From Sulfurimonas sp. (GTDB taxonomy: Bacteria; Campylobacterota; Campylobacteria; Campylobacterales; Sulfurimonadaceae): 64,000 nucleotides of DNA. Below, piece after piece: positions 43,558-54,645 of this stretch (positions are counted from its first letter, which is position 1; each line of letters opens with the position of its first letter). Location of the stretch: the NCBI GenBank assembly GCA_027064045.1, contig JAMOQK010000080.1, positions 4,330 to 68,329 of the forward strand, in the 5' to 3' direction. The notes beneath the pieces were generated by a model that saw nothing but the letters and a program-made list of their open reading frames with translations, was not told the DNA's origin and did not search any database. A program made the translations under genes and the position numbers.

Positions 43558-43718
43558 TATAATTCGCGGATTTTTCTCATTGCTTTGGCATGTGGAAATA
43601 TTAACAGATTGTATTAAAAAAGCTGGTGCAACCCATTTTTTAATGGTAATTGTCCGATACTCTCGAAGCTAACCAGCTCAAAAACTCTGGCTGAAACAAG
43701 CCTTTAAGGATTACCCAA
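43558..43718 (+). promoter_or_regulatory. rpsB promoter (-10 TATAAT at 43558-43563) and ~150 nt 5' leader
   Basis: TATAAT followed by a long leader. CGGA (43567-70) / TCCG (43652-55) could close a stem. rpsB leaders are known S2 autoregulatory elements. Confidence 0.5.
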
Positions 43719-44498
43719 ATGGTAACTATGAAAGACCTATTAGAATGTGGTGTACACTTCGGACACCAAACTCGTCGTTGGAACCCAAAAATGAAAAAAT
43801 ATATCTTTGGTGTTCGTAAAAATATCTATATTATAGATTTACAAAAAACTCTTCGTTATTTCCGTAACACTTACCAAATTGTTGTAGATGCTGCTGCAGA
43901 AGGTCAAACAGTTTTATTTGTTGGTACAAAAAAACAAGCTCGTAACTCTGTAAAAGAAGCTGCAATTGCTTGTAATATGCCATATGTTGAAAACAGATGG
44001 TTAGGTGGTATGCTTACTAACTTCCCAACTATTCAAAAATCTATCCGTAAACTTGATGTTATTACTGAGATGCAAGAAAATGGTCAAATCGATCTTTTAA
44101 CTAAAAAAGAAGCTTTAATGCTTTCAAGAAAAAAAGATAAACTTGAATCATATTTTGGTGGTATCCGTAACATGAAAAAACTTCCAGATATGCTTTTTGT
44201 TGTTGATGCAGTAAAAGAACATATTGCTGTTTTAGAAGCTAGATGTCTTGGTATTCCTGTTGTTGCTCCACTTGATACTAACTGTGATCCTGATCTTATC
44301 ACTTACCCAATTCCTGGTAATGATGATGCAATTAGATCTATCCAACTTTTTTGTCGTGAGATGACTGCAGCTATCAATGAAGGTAAAGCTCTTAAAGATG
44401 CACCTGCTGAAGATGAGCAAACTGAAGAAGCTACAACTGAAGAAGTAGCAGTAAAAGCTGAGGCAACTGAAGCACCAGCTCAAACAGAGGAAGCATAA
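43719..44498 (+). CDS. rpsB: 30S ribosomal protein S2
   Basis: [24 protein letters not shown] and PGNDDAIRS motifs. Confidence 0.98.
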   Translation: MVTMKDLLECGVHFGHQTRRWNPKMKKYIFGVRKNIYIIDLQKTLRYFRNTYQIVVDAAAEGQTVLFVGTKKQARNSVKEAAIACNMPYVENRWLGGMLTNFPTIQKSIRKLDVITEMQENGQIDLLTKKEALMLSRKKDKLESYFGGIRNMKKLPDMLFVVDAVKEHIAVLEARCLGIPVVAPLDTNCDPDLITYPIPGNDDAIRSIQLFCREMTAAINEGKALKDAPAEDEQTEEATTEEVAVKAEATEAPAQTEEA

Positions 44499-44500
44499 TC

Positions 44501-45553
44501 ATGGCAGCAGTTACAGCAGCAATGGTAAAAGAGTTGCGTCAAGCAACTGATGCACCGATGATGGATTGTAAAAAAGTTTTAGTTGAAGCTGATGGGGACA
44601 TGGCTAAAGCTCAAGAACTTTTAAAAGAAAGAGGTATTGCTAAAGCAGCTAAAAAAGCTGATAGAGTTGCAGCAGAAGGTCTTGCTGGTCTTAAAATAGC
44701 TGATGATTTTTCAAAAGCAACAGTTGTTGAGATTAACTCTGAGACTGACTTTGTTGCTCAAAATGAAGGTTTCCAAAATTTAGTTAAAGATACTGTAGAA
44801 GAGATTTATAACAATCAACCTGCAGATGTTGATGCTTTAATGGCTAGTGATTTTGGCACTAAATTTACAGAAACTGTAACTAAAATTGGTGAGAAAATTG
44901 AAGTTCGTCGTTTTGGTACACTAACAGCTGATGAAAATACAGCACTTAATGGTTATATTCACTCAAACAACCGTATCGCAGTTATCATCACTGCTAAATG
45001 TGATTCTGCAAAAACTGCTGAGGGTATGAGAGACACTTTAAAACAAGTTGCTATGCACGCATCTGCGATGAAACCAACTACACTAAGCTACAAAGATTTT
45101 GATGCTGAGTATGTTGAGAGTGAAACAAAAGGTCGTATCGAAGCTCTTAAAAAAGGCAATGAAGAGTTAGCAAGACTTAAAAAACCTCTTAAAAATGTAC
45201 CACAATATATCTCTATGATGCAATTAACTGATGAAGTTATGAAAAAAGCTGAAGCTGACATCAAAGCTGAGTTAATAGCTGAGGGTAAACCTGAGAAAAT
45301 TTTAGATAAAATCATCCCTGGTAAAATAGCTAGATTTATCTTGGACAATACATTACTTGATCAAGAACAAGCTTTACTAGACCAACAATATGTTTTAGAT
45401 GATAAATTAACTGTTGCAAAAGCAGTTGAAAAAGCTGCTAAAGCACTTGGTGGAACTGCTGAGATTACAGAGTTCATTCGCCTTGAAGTTGGTGAAGGTA
45501 TCGAGAAAAAAGAAGATGATTTCGCAGCTGAAGTTGCTGCACAGATGGGTTAA
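44501..45553 (+). CDS. tsf: elongation factor Ts
   Basis: [22 protein letters not shown] and DFAAEV motifs. Confidence 0.98.
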   Translation: MAAVTAAMVKELRQATDAPMMDCKKVLVEADGDMAKAQELLKERGIAKAAKKADRVAAEGLAGLKIADDFSKATVVEINSETDFVAQNEGFQNLVKDTVEEIYNNQPADVDALMASDFGTKFTETVTKIGEKIEVRRFGTLTADENTALNGYIHSNNRIAVIITAKCDSAKTAEGMRDTLKQVAMHASAMKPTTLSYKDFDAEYVESETKGRIEALKKGNEELARLKKPLKNVPQYISMMQLTDEVMKKAEADIKAELIAEGKPEKILDKIIPGKIARFILDNTLLDQEQALLDQQYVLDDKLTVAKAVEKAAKALGGTAEITEFIRLEVGEGIEKKEDDFAAEVAAQMG

Positions 45554-45621
45554 GGATTTTTCCTTACCCATACTTAACAATTTAAACCTCCTCTTTAACT
45601 AGATTAGCTATAATCTTTCCT

Positions 45622-46266
45622 ATGAATTTACTATCAGCAAAAAATATATCACACTCTTTTGATTATGAGCTTTTTCATAATGTTTCTTTGGATTTACAAC
45701 AAAAAGAGTCTATCGCTATTATTGGTGTAAGTGGTAGTGGAAAATCAACACTTTTACATATATTATCAACACTTTTAACACCAGATAGTGGTGCTATTTC
45801 ACTTTTTGGTAATGCTGTATCATCTATGGATAAAAAAAGACTTTCTAAGATAAAAAGGGATGATTTGGGACTTGTTTTTCAATCTCATTATCTTTTTAAA
45901 GGTTTTAGTGCTTATGAAAACTTGGAAGTTGCGGCAATGCTTTCAAACCAAAGGATAGATGAAGACCTTTTAAAAAAATTAAATATAGATACCGTGATAG
46001 AACAAAAAGTGACAGAACTCTCAGGTGGACAACAACAAAGAGTGTCTATAGCCAGAGTTTTAACAAAAAAACCTCGCATTATTTTTGCAGATGAGCCAAC
46101 AGGAAATCTTGATAAAAAAACAGCACATGATGTTATGGATTTGTTTTTTGAGTATTGTGATCAAAGTTTGGCAGGGATGATTTTGGTGACACATGATGAA
46201 ATTCTTGCTTTTAAATGTCAAAAGGTTTATAAACTCGAAAATAAAGAGTTAATCAGGGTGAAATAA
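45622..46266 (+). CDS. ABC transporter ATP-binding protein (LolD/FtsE-like)
   Basis: GVSGSGKST, LSGGQQQR, DEPTGNLD and VTHD motifs. Confidence 0.88.
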   Translation: MNLLSAKNISHSFDYELFHNVSLDLQQKESIAIIGVSGSGKSTLLHILSTLLTPDSGAISLFGNAVSSMDKKRLSKIKRDDLGLVFQSHYLFKGFSAYENLEVAAMLSNQRIDEDLLKKLNIDTVIEQKVTELSGGQQQRVSIARVLTKKPRIIFADEPTGNLDKKTAHDVMDLFFEYCDQSLAGMILVTHDEILAFKCQKVYKLENKELIRVK

Positions 46267-46270
46267 AACT

Positions 46271-47038
46271 ATGATGGGTTGGGCAGATATATTTAGTGAA
46301 ACTTATATAGTTGGTTTTATACTTTTATTTTTTCGTTTTGCGGCTCTATTTTTAGCTGCTCCTATATTTTCTCATCAAAATATCCCCATGAATATAAAAG
46401 CAACCATGGCATTTTTCTTTGCTATAGTATTTTATCCATCTATGCCACCCCTTGCTATAGCGATAAATGTGCCAACCATATTATTGGCCATACTTAGTGA
46501 ACTTATGTTTGGTTTGGCTATAGGTATAGTCTTATTATTAGCTTACAATGTTATAACATTTGCTGGTGGACAAATCTCTTTTATGATGGGTTTCTCTATG
46601 GCGAGTGCAATTGATCCACAAACTGGTGTTTCTATGCCGATTATTTCTCAGTTTTTATCACTTTTAGGACTTATGATACTTTTGTCGTTAAATCTTCATC
46701 ATTGGTTGTTGCTTTTTATAAATGATTCATTAAAGAGTGTTCCTTTAGGTGGTTTTTTAATGACTGAAGATCTTTTTACTTATATTGTTCATGCTACATC
46801 AAATATGTTTGTTGTAGGTTTTATGATAGCTTTTCCAATTATTGCTTTATCGTGGTTGGCTGATGTTATATTTGGTATGTTGATGAAAACCATGCCACAA
46901 TTTAATCTACTTGTTATTGGATTTCCTATTAAAATTATGGTTGCATTTGTCGTCCTTATTGCAGTGCTTAGTGCTAGTATGCTTATATTAAAAGGGCAGG
47001 TGCAAGAAGCATTTAATGCTTTAGAGATGTTTTTTTAG
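46271..47038 (+). CDS. fliR: flagellar export apparatus protein
   Basis: AGGQISFMMGFS..AIDP and KTMPQFNLLVIGFPIK motifs. Confidence 0.92.
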   Translation: MMGWADIFSETYIVGFILLFFRFAALFLAAPIFSHQNIPMNIKATMAFFFAIVFYPSMPPLAIAINVPTILLAILSELMFGLAIGIVLLLAYNVITFAGGQISFMMGFSMASAIDPQTGVSMPIISQFLSLLGLMILLSLNLHHWLLLFINDSLKSVPLGGFLMTEDLFTYIVHATSNMFVVGFMIAFPIIALSWLADVIFGMLMKTMPQFNLLVIGFPIKIMVAFVVLIAVLSASMLILKGQVQEAFNALEMFF

Positions 47039-47087
47039 TTTTTTTTCGATACAATAATGCTTAAAGAGTAAGTTAAAGGACTTTGAA

Positions 47088-48413
47088 GTGAAGATATTAC
47101 TTTTAAATGATAATCCAGTTGTTAGCAAATTAGTAACTCTAAGCGCACAAAAAACTTCCGATGAGTTGGAAGTTGTTAGTAGTGTTGATGAGATAAAAGG
47201 TGTAGTGTATGATTTATTGGTGGTAGATGATGCTTTATATAGTGCTGATATAATAGATGAGATAAATAATAAAATAGAATATGATAAATCTTTATATATT
47301 TGTACAAGAGATGCTGATGAAGTTGAAAGTTTCACATCGACACTTAAAAAACCTTTTTTACCTACTGATTTAGTAGAGCTATTTTTAGTTTTAGGTAAAG
47401 AAGCAAGTTCTATAAACCTAGAAGAAGAGACACCAGATACTCATGAAGATGACCTTGATGATAATATAGATGATATTGAGGCATTGGATGAGTTTAATGA
47501 TGATGATTTAGATTTTGATGAAAATGAATTGGAAGAGATAGATTTAGAGGGTGATTCAGAAGATACAGATTTAGATGAGCTAGAAGAATTAGATGAGATA
47601 GATGAAGATTTGGATTTAGACGAAAATCATGAAGATTTAGATGAAGAAGATGAAAGTGATACAGAAAGTGTATTGGATATAGATGAGTTAAAAGAGGTTC
47701 AAGACCTTCTTGAAGATACAGATTTGGAAGATGATGAATTAGATGATTTGGATGAAGAAGAGTTGGTGGAAGATGATGAAAAATCACTTGATGATGGCGA
47801 ACTAGAAGATATTTCAGAGCAAGAAGATAGTTTTGAAGAAGAATTAGAAGATATTTCAGAGCAAGAGGATGTAGTTCAAGATGAATTAGATGATTTGGAT
47901 GAAGAAGAGTTGGTGGAAGATGATGAAAAATCGCTTGATGATGGTGAACTAGAAGATATTTCAGAGCAAGAAGATAGTTTTGAAGAAGAATTGGCTGATA
48001 TGGATGAAGATATATTAAGTGAAGATATAGATGAACATATAGATATGGAAGCACAAATTCAAAATGCAGTTGATGAATTAAGTGAAGAAGATTTGCAAAG
48101 CGAAGTGGATGAAGATACTTTGTTGGATATTGCAAAGAGTGAAGTGGATGACTTTGATACCTTGAGTGCTAGAGAATTAAAGTTGGCTATAGGTGAAGAT
48201 GTTGAAGATCTTGAAGAAGATACAGTAGCAGCAGAAGAAACAGAAGAACTAGAAGAGCCAGAAGAGGAAGAAGAGCCATCAGAAGCACAAGAAGACAATA
48301 CTAATGGTGTTGAAGCCTTGAAAAAACTATTAACTGCATTAAGCGATAAAGATGTAGTTGCTTCATTAAAAGGTATGAAAATTAATATAAATATAACTTT
48401 AGGTGATAATTGA
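47088..48413 (+). CDS. highly acidic protein with an N-terminal receiver-like domain
   Basis: MKILLLNDNP...DLLVVDD...LKKPF receiver-like start; long D/E-rich region; C-terminal ININITLG. Confidence 0.75.
   Translation: MKILLLNDNPVVSKLVTLSAQKTSDELEVVSSVDEIKGVVYDLLVVDDALYSADIIDEINNKIEYDKSLYICTRDADEVESFTSTLKKPFLPTDLVELFLVLGKEASSINLEEETPDTHEDDLDDNIDDIEALDEFNDDDLDFDENELEEIDLEGDSEDTDLDELEELDEIDEDLDLDENHEDLDEEDESDTESVLDIDELKEVQDLLEDTDLEDDELDDLDEEELVEDDEKSLDDGELEDISEQEDSFEEELEDISEQEDVVQDELDDLDEEELVEDDEKSLDDGELEDISEQEDSFEEELADMDEDILSEDIDEHIDMEAQIQNAVDELSEEDLQSEVDEDTLLDIAKSEVDDFDTLSARELKLAIGEDVEDLEEDTVAAEETEELEEPEEEEEPSEAQEDNTNGVEALKKLLTALSDKDVVASLKGMKININITLGDN
47733..47992 (+). repeat. 113 bp direct repeat with 147 bp period inside the acidic protein gene
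   Basis: 47733-47845 and 47880-47992 are identical except for two synonymous changes (TCA/TCG, GGC/GGT). Confidence 0.9.
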
Positions 48414-49039
48414 TGAATAAACAGAGTGGGGCAGTATTGGTTTTATCTGGACCAAGTGGTGCTGGTAAAACTTCTTTGATAAAAAATATAGCGGATGATA
48501 TTGGGGATTTTTATTTTTCCATATCTACAACAACTCGTCCTATGAGAGAGGGTGAGCAAGAGGGTGTTCATTACCATTTTGTTAATGAAGAGGAATTTAA
48601 AAAAGATATAGAAGCAGATAATTTTTTAGAGTATGCCGTAGTTCATGGTAATCATTATGGAACATCGCTTAAACCAGTTAGAGAAGCATTGAGTGCTGGA
48701 AAGTTGGTTTTGTTTGATATTGATGTTCAGGGAAATACAGCTATAAATAGCCGTCTTGGGGATATTACTACTTCGGTGTTTATTACACCACCAACACTTT
48801 CAGAGCTAAAAAAGCGACTTCAAAATCGATCAACAGATAGTGAAGAAGTTATGAAAGGGCGTTTGAAAATGGCAAAACTGGAAATACAAAGAATTTCAGA
48901 ATATGATTATGTGATAATAAATGATGATTTTGAAGAATCATCTGAGATATTGAAGTTAATTGCAAAGGCTGCGAGGATGAAAATTCCCAGTGAAGACATA
49001 AATTGTTTTATTCAAGAATGGGAAGATATAGAACAATAA
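48410..49039 (+). CDS. gmk: guanylate kinase
   Basis: SGPSGAGKT, STTTRPMREGE, YGT and DIDVQG motifs. Confidence 0.96.
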   Translation: MMNKQSGAVLVLSGPSGAGKTSLIKNIADDIGDFYFSISTTTRPMREGEQEGVHYHFVNEEEFKKDIEADNFLEYAVVHGNHYGTSLKPVREALSAGKLVLFDIDVQGNTAINSRLGDITTSVFITPPTLSELKKRLQNRSTDSEEVMKGRLKMAKLEIQRISEYDYVIINDDFEESSEILKLIAKAARMKIPSEDINCFIQEWEDIEQ

Positions 49040-49099
49040 GGGTTTTTACAGCAAAGTGTAGATATACTCTCAAAATTAATTTAGATAAGGAAATATAAT

Positions 49100-49327
49100 A
49101 TGGGTATGCCTGGTGGAACAGAGTTATTAATAATTTTTGGAATAGTTGTACTATTATTTGGTGCTAAAAAGATACCTGAACTTGCAAAAGGGTTTGGTAA
49201 AGGTATAAAAAATTTCAAACAAGAGATGAAAGAGGTTGATGAAGTTGCTAGTGAGGAACCTAAAAAGGTAGAAAAAACTGAAGAAGTTGCATCTGCTGAA
49301 GCTCCAAAAACTACTACACAAGCTTAA
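49100..49327 (+). CDS. tatA: twin-arginine translocase subunit TatA
   Basis: [23 protein letters not shown]. Confidence 0.95.
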   Translation: MGMPGGTELLIIFGIVVLLFGAKKIPELAKGFGKGIKNFKQEMKEVDEVASEEPKKVEKTEEVASAEAPKTTTQA

Positions 49328-49330
49328 ATC

Positions 49331-50926
49331 TTGAAACAACGAGTATCGGCGCTTCTGCGTGAAAAATTTGGTCGTGAAGTTGTTTTAGAAAAGCCTCGTG
49401 ATCGTTCTTTTGGTCATTTTGCTACCCCTATCGCTTTTTCCTTAGCAAAGGAGTTAAGAAAATCTCCTATGGTGATTGCTGAGGAATTGGCATCTTCTTT
49501 TGATGAAAGTGATATGTTTAGTAGTGTTGAAGCACTAAAAGGTTACTTAAATTTTCGTTTGAGTGAAAACTTTTTAAGTGAATATACTGTTTGGGCATTA
49601 CAAAATCCTAATCAATTTGCTAAACAAGAAAGAGATGAAAAAATTCTTTTAGAATTTGTAAGTGCAAATCCTACAGGACCACTTCATATAGGTCATGCTA
49701 GAGGTGCAGTTTATGGTGATACACTCTATAGACTTGCTAAACATTTAGGTTATGACATTACTGCAGAATATTATGTTAATGATGCTGGTAACCAGATAGA
49801 TTTACTTGGATTGTCTATCCAACTTTATGGTCGTGAGCATATCTTAAAAGAGAGTGTTGAATATCCAGAGAGTTACTATCGTGGGGATTATTTGGCAGAT
49901 TTAGCAGAGGGTGCTATTGAGAAGTTTGGTAAAGAGATATTAAGCGATGAATCTCGTCAAAAAGAGTTGGCACTTTGGGCAAAAGATGGTGTGATGGAAA
50001 TAGTTATTAAATCTTTATCCGATTTAAATATCTACTTTGATACTTTTGTAAATGAATCATCTCTTTATGCTGACTGGGATAGAGTGATGCAAAAGATGGG
50101 TGATGGAGTTTATGAAAAAGACTCTAAAATGTGGATTGCTTCTGAAGCTAAGGGAGATGACCATGACAGAGTTGTTGTTCGAGAGGATGGCAGACCAACT
50201 TATCTGGCTGGAGATATAGTTTATCATAACCAAAAATTTGAAAGAGGTTATGATCATTATATTAATATTTGGGGAGCTGATCATCATGGTTATATACCTC
50301 GTGTAAATGCGGCTATTGAGTATCTTGGATTTGATAGTTCAAAGCTTGAGGTGCTTCTTTCTCAAATGGTTAGTCTTTTAAAAGATGGTGAGCCATATAA
50401 GATGAGTAAAAGAGCTGGAAATGTAATACTTATGAGTGATATAGTTGAAGAGATAGGTGCTGATGCACTTAGATTTATATTTGCTTCTAAAAAGAGTGAT
50501 ACTGCTTTAGAATTTGATCTTAGTGAGTTTAAAAAGCAAGATAGTTCAAATCCTATTTTTTATATACAGTATGCACATGCCAGAATTAAAACGCTACTTT
50601 CTAAAGCAACCGTTACAAAAGAAGACATATCAAACACTACTCTTAAAAATTTGGGTGAGAGTGCAGATACACTACTTTTTGATGCACTTTTACTGCCTGA
50701 AGTTGTTGAAGATGCGTTTAATTCTCGTCAGGTACAAAAACTACCAGATTATTTAAAAGCACTTGCAGCATCTTTGCATAAGTTTTACTATGATGTTCGT
50801 ATGATAGGTACAGATGATGAAGCTAAGTTGCTTAAAGTTTTAGAAGTAGTGGCGCTGAGTCTCAAAACAGGATTATCTCTTATGGGAATTGAGGCTAAAG
50901 ATAGAATGGTTAAAGAGGAAGAATAA
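49331..50926 (+). CDS. argS: arginine--tRNA ligase
   Basis: EFVSANPTGPLHIGHARG, GADHHGY, MSKRAG and YIQYAHAR motifs. Confidence 0.97.
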   Translation: MKQRVSALLREKFGREVVLEKPRDRSFGHFATPIAFSLAKELRKSPMVIAEELASSFDESDMFSSVEALKGYLNFRLSENFLSEYTVWALQNPNQFAKQERDEKILLEFVSANPTGPLHIGHARGAVYGDTLYRLAKHLGYDITAEYYVNDAGNQIDLLGLSIQLYGREHILKESVEYPESYYRGDYLADLAEGAIEKFGKEILSDESRQKELALWAKDGVMEIVIKSLSDLNIYFDTFVNESSLYADWDRVMQKMGDGVYEKDSKMWIASEAKGDDHDRVVVREDGRPTYLAGDIVYHNQKFERGYDHYINIWGADHHGYIPRVNAAIEYLGFDSSKLEVLLSQMVSLLKDGEPYKMSKRAGNVILMSDIVEEIGADALRFIFASKKSDTALEFDLSEFKKQDSSNPIFYIQYAHARIKTLLSKATVTKEDISNTTLKNLGESADTLLFDALLLPEVVEDAFNSRQVQKLPDYLKALAASLHKFYYDVRMIGTDDEAKLLKVLEVVALSLKTGLSLMGIEAKDRMVKEEE

Positions 50927-51066
50927 GTTTTAATTTAGTAAAAATATAAACTTATTGCAACAAAAATACAAATATTTAAAAACTTACGAGAATTAAGAAA
51001 CTTTTTATTGTAAAGTATGGTACTATTACCATTATATGAAGATAAATCAGTTTTCGGAAAGAAGTT

Positions 51067-51687
51067 ATGAGTATTAAAATTAGAAAAGCAGTTGTGGGGG
51101 ATGCTCCCTTTTTAGCGCAAATGATTTTGCAGAGTTCAAGAGCTGGTAAAAAAGAGGGTCTGTTTGATTTGATTTTTTCTGAGTGCGATGAAGTAGATAT
51201 TTTAAAAAAACTAGAAGCACTGACGCAAACTAATGCTAGAAGTCACTGTCAATTTAATAATTTTTTGATAGCAGAAGTTGACGGAAAAAGTGTTGGTACA
51301 CTTTGTAGTTATGAGCCTAGAATTTCAACTAAACAAACATTTTTACAAGCTTTACAAGAGATAGGTTGCGATACTGCACAAGATAGCCTAGAACCGTTAT
51401 ACGAGTGTGATTTTGAATTAAACAAGAGAACGCTTATGTTTGATTTTATGGAAGAATTAGAGGGCTTTATAGATGTTGGTGTTTTAAAGGCACTTATGCA
51501 AAAATCTCTTCTGAGTGCAAGGTTAAAAGGCTATAGAATCGCTCAAAGTATAGTTGAAATAGGTGCGCTTGATACGATAATGTATTATAAAAAATTAGGT
51601 TTCAAAGAAGTTCAAACAAAAGAGTGTGAACTTTATAAAGAAAAATTTGGACGACCTGGTTTAACCCTTCTCGCGATAGAGTTTTAG
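51067..51687 (+). CDS. GNAT family acetyltransferase
   Basis: IKIRKA...IAEVDGKSVG...YYKKLGF GNAT pattern. Confidence 0.7.
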   Translation: MSIKIRKAVVGDAPFLAQMILQSSRAGKKEGLFDLIFSECDEVDILKKLEALTQTNARSHCQFNNFLIAEVDGKSVGTLCSYEPRISTKQTFLQALQEIGCDTAQDSLEPLYECDFELNKRTLMFDFMEELEGFIDVGVLKALMQKSLLSARLKGYRIAQSIVEIGALDTIMYYKKLGFKEVQTKECELYKEKFGRPGLTLLAIEF

Positions 51688-51791
51688 AGACTCTTCGCAA
51701 ATACTTTTTTTATTGCATCATACTTTTAAATAACTTTAATATATTTAACACTATAATAGTCTAAGGTATGAAAAATATTAGGGGGTTTGAG

Positions 51792-53096
51792 ATGAAAAAG
51801 TTTTTTTTAGCTTTTGTTATTTTGTTGTTTCCATTCTATCTATATGGTGCTGATTTGGATGCTCAGTATAAAGAGGGGTTTAGTGCATACAAGGCGAAAA
51901 ACTTTGAGAGGAGTTACGATATTTTTTCTAAGCTTTATATCTCAAAACTCTCAAATGCAAAAGTGAATTTTTATCTTGGTCGTTCAGCTTATGAAACAGG
52001 TCATTACGAAGTGGCTTTAGCGGCTTTTGAAAGAGTTGAGATGTTAGATTCTGGTAATCTAAGAAATAAGCTTGAGATGGCTAGGACATATTTTATGTTA
52101 AAAATGTATAAAGATGCACAAAATAAGTTTCAAGAAGTCTTGAATAATCCAAATCTTCCACAAAATGTAAGAACCAATATCGAGATGTATTTGGCTAAAG
52201 TTAAAAATGTTCAAAGTAGGTCATTTACATATGCGACAATAAATTTAGATTGGTTATATGATTCAAATGTTAATTATGGTTCACTAGAGAGTACTTATGA
52301 TATAAGTACGGGTACTATGCCTTCTGCTTCAGAAAAGTCTGATAGAGCTTTTCAACTTTATGCAAATGTAGTTAATGTATATGATTTTGGTAGTAGTGGT
52401 GGATATGCTTTTAAAAACAGAGTGAAATTATTTTTAAAAGATTATAAAAAATTAGATGATTATGATGTGCAGTATTTGGCATATAATCCTAGTGTATTGT
52501 ATAAAAATACAAAATATCTTGCTGAATTTATAGTTGGGTTGGATGTGATGACTTTATCGAAACGGGAGTATTTAAGAACAGTTTCTTTTTCTCCTAGATT
52601 TGAGTACAATCATCTAAATACTCTTAGAAGTATAGTCTCATTTAAGTATCAAACAAAGTATTTTACTCAAAAAGCTCAATCTGGTTTGAATTCCCATCAT
52701 TACGAGGTTGATTACTCTTTACAAGATATAATTTCTCCCCGTTCTTATGTTCAAGCTGGTTTAATTGGGATTAGAGAACAAAAATTACATGGAAAGAGGA
52801 TAGATGTTGATTATGATGAATATAGGGTAAACTTAGCATATGCAAATCAATTTAGTGCAGTTTATGGCATGGAGGCATTTGGACAATATAGAAGACGGAA
52901 CTATAAAGATCATAGTACACTTTTTGATTCTACAAGATACGATGATGCTGGGACATTATCTGTAGCCTTAAATGCGAGAATTTTACAAACTCTTCGTTTT
53001 CATATAAAAGGCGGATATGACAGGGTAGAATCAAATCAAAAAGTTTTTTCATATGAGAAATATACATTAACCATCGGTTTAAATAAAACATTTTAG
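51792..53096 (+). CDS. TPR + outer-membrane beta-barrel protein (Slam/DUF560, type XI secretion-like)
   Basis: Signal peptide MKKFFLAF...LYG; TPR-like NFYLGRSAYE..YEVALAAFERV..RNKLEMARTY; YDSNVN barrel start; C-terminal Phe. The second ATG was chosen as start; the ORF track gives 51768. Confidence 0.7.
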   Translation: MKKFFLAFVILLFPFYLYGADLDAQYKEGFSAYKAKNFERSYDIFSKLYISKLSNAKVNFYLGRSAYETGHYEVALAAFERVEMLDSGNLRNKLEMARTYFMLKMYKDAQNKFQEVLNNPNLPQNVRTNIEMYLAKVKNVQSRSFTYATINLDWLYDSNVNYGSLESTYDISTGTMPSASEKSDRAFQLYANVVNVYDFGSSGGYAFKNRVKLFLKDYKKLDDYDVQYLAYNPSVLYKNTKYLAEFIVGLDVMTLSKREYLRTVSFSPRFEYNHLNTLRSIVSFKYQTKYFTQKAQSGLNSHHYEVDYSLQDIISPRSYVQAGLIGIREQKLHGKRIDVDYDEYRVNLAYANQFSAVYGMEAFGQYRRRNYKDHSTLFDSTRYDDAGTLSVALNARILQTLRFHIKGGYDRVESNQKVFSYEKYTLTIGLNKTF

Positions 53097-53106
53097 GAGA
53101 AAGGTC

Positions 53107-54630
53107 ATGAAATATTTAATTAAAATAATTTTAATGGTTGTATTTGTAGGGGTGACTCTTTTTGCAAAAGATGTTGCAACTGTTACTGGTTTAAATGGTG
53201 GAGCTTTTATACAAAGAGCAGGAGAGAAGATTAAAGTTTCTTTAGGGGTAAAGCTTCAAGAGAATGATACAATAATTACGGATGATAAGGCTAAGGTTCA
53301 GATTATATTTAAAGATGAGACCATTGTTACTTTGGGTAAAAATTCAAATTTTGCCATAAGTGAGTATCTTTTTGAAGACAATCAAAAGCCAGTTGTAAAA
53401 TTTAGCATGTTAAGAGGTGCTATGAGAACAATAACAGGTCAGATAGGGAAGGTGGCACCAGATAAATTTAGTGTAGTTACAAAAACAGCTACTATCGGTA
53501 TCAGAGGAACCAATTTTACAGTTTTGGTTAACAATGATGGTTCTCATAATGTATTTTGTACATTTGGTGCGATTAGTGTGGGTATAAATGGTGCTAAATA
53601 TATAGTAAATCAAAGTTTTTATCTTCATTTATCTGTGGATGGTAAAGTTAAGGTAAAAGAATTTTCTCCACAAGAACTTAAAATGATGAGGGAAAAAAGT
53701 TTTGGAAAAAGTGATAAAAAAGGAAAAAAAGATAATCTAAGTCTTGATGTTGAAGGTCAGATTGATGAGACAACTGATGATGATGGCGATATAGTTATAA
53801 AAGATATAACTGATCAAGTAGAAAATTCTTCTAATACTCCAATATTAACTTATGATGCTAGTGGGTATGGTGAAAGTGCTAAATCAGATGATAAATTATA
53901 TTTAATGAATTTGAAATTAAAGTATAAACCAGAGGAAGAAACTGCAATGCTTAAAAGTGGTTCTATAAGATATGAAGATGGTTCTGAAGATAGAACTTAT
54001 ACAATATTTCCAACTACATCTTTTTCTCAAGATTTGAGTACATATTTTAGTGATATAGAGTATGATGATTCTGATAAAGTTGTTTCAAATATTGAAAATA
54101 ATTATTTTATAAGCATGGATAATGCCATAGACTCAGATTATATAGGATGGGGAGAATGGGTTGTTCAATATGATCTTACTTATGATGGAACTACTAATAC
54201 TATAAATGAAAATGGTTTATGGGTGGCTGGTAATCCTACGGATACAGCGGTTGTTGATGGAATAAGTGGTGAATTTAGCTATACTGGCTCCTATAAAGCA
54301 TATGATTTTGATAGTAATGGTGATTTGATAGATGGTGATGCAAGTTTAGAGGTTGATTTTGGGAATGACAAGGCTGCTTTAACTATTCACTATGGAGGAG
54401 ATGATATTAAATTTGATAACAATGATAATGGTATGGATATAAGTGGAAACTCCTTTGCTGGTGATCAAAATAATGCTAACAATGGGAATGGTTCAGCCAC
54501 TGGAAGATTTTATGGACCAAATGCTGATGTTGTTGGTGGAGAGTTTGTAATTAGTGATTCTGATAATGGTGTCCATGCAAAAGGTGTTTATCAAGTTGGA
54601 AATAAAACACAGAGTAGTGGTGGACAATAA
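53107..54630 (+). CDS. secreted protein with an N-terminal FecR-like domain and a C-terminal TbpB-like beta-barrel
   Basis: Signal peptide; VVTKTATIGIRGTNF (FecR); YTGSY...LEVDFG...ISGNSF...ATGRFYGPNADVVGGEF (TbpB_B_D-type barrel). Confidence 0.7.
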   Translation: MKYLIKIILMVVFVGVTLFAKDVATVTGLNGGAFIQRAGEKIKVSLGVKLQENDTIITDDKAKVQIIFKDETIVTLGKNSNFAISEYLFEDNQKPVVKFSMLRGAMRTITGQIGKVAPDKFSVVTKTATIGIRGTNFTVLVNNDGSHNVFCTFGAISVGINGAKYIVNQSFYLHLSVDGKVKVKEFSPQELKMMREKSFGKSDKKGKKDNLSLDVEGQIDETTDDDGDIVIKDITDQVENSSNTPILTYDASGYGESAKSDDKLYLMNLKLKYKPEEETAMLKSGSIRYEDGSEDRTYTIFPTTSFSQDLSTYFSDIEYDDSDKVVSNIENNYFISMDNAIDSDYIGWGEWVVQYDLTYDGTTNTINENGLWVAGNPTDTAVVDGISGEFSYTGSYKAYDFDSNGDLIDGDASLEVDFGNDKAALTIHYGGDDIKFDNNDNGMDISGNSFAGDQNNANNGNGSATGRFYGPNADVVGGEFVISDSDNGVHAKGVYQVGNKTQSSGGQ

Positions 54631-54645
54631 GTCTAAAATAATAAC

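Noticed and set aside
47494-48135. 213 aa His/Leu-rich ORF on the minus strand
   Set aside because: It is a shadow of the GAT/GAA-rich acidic protein gene.
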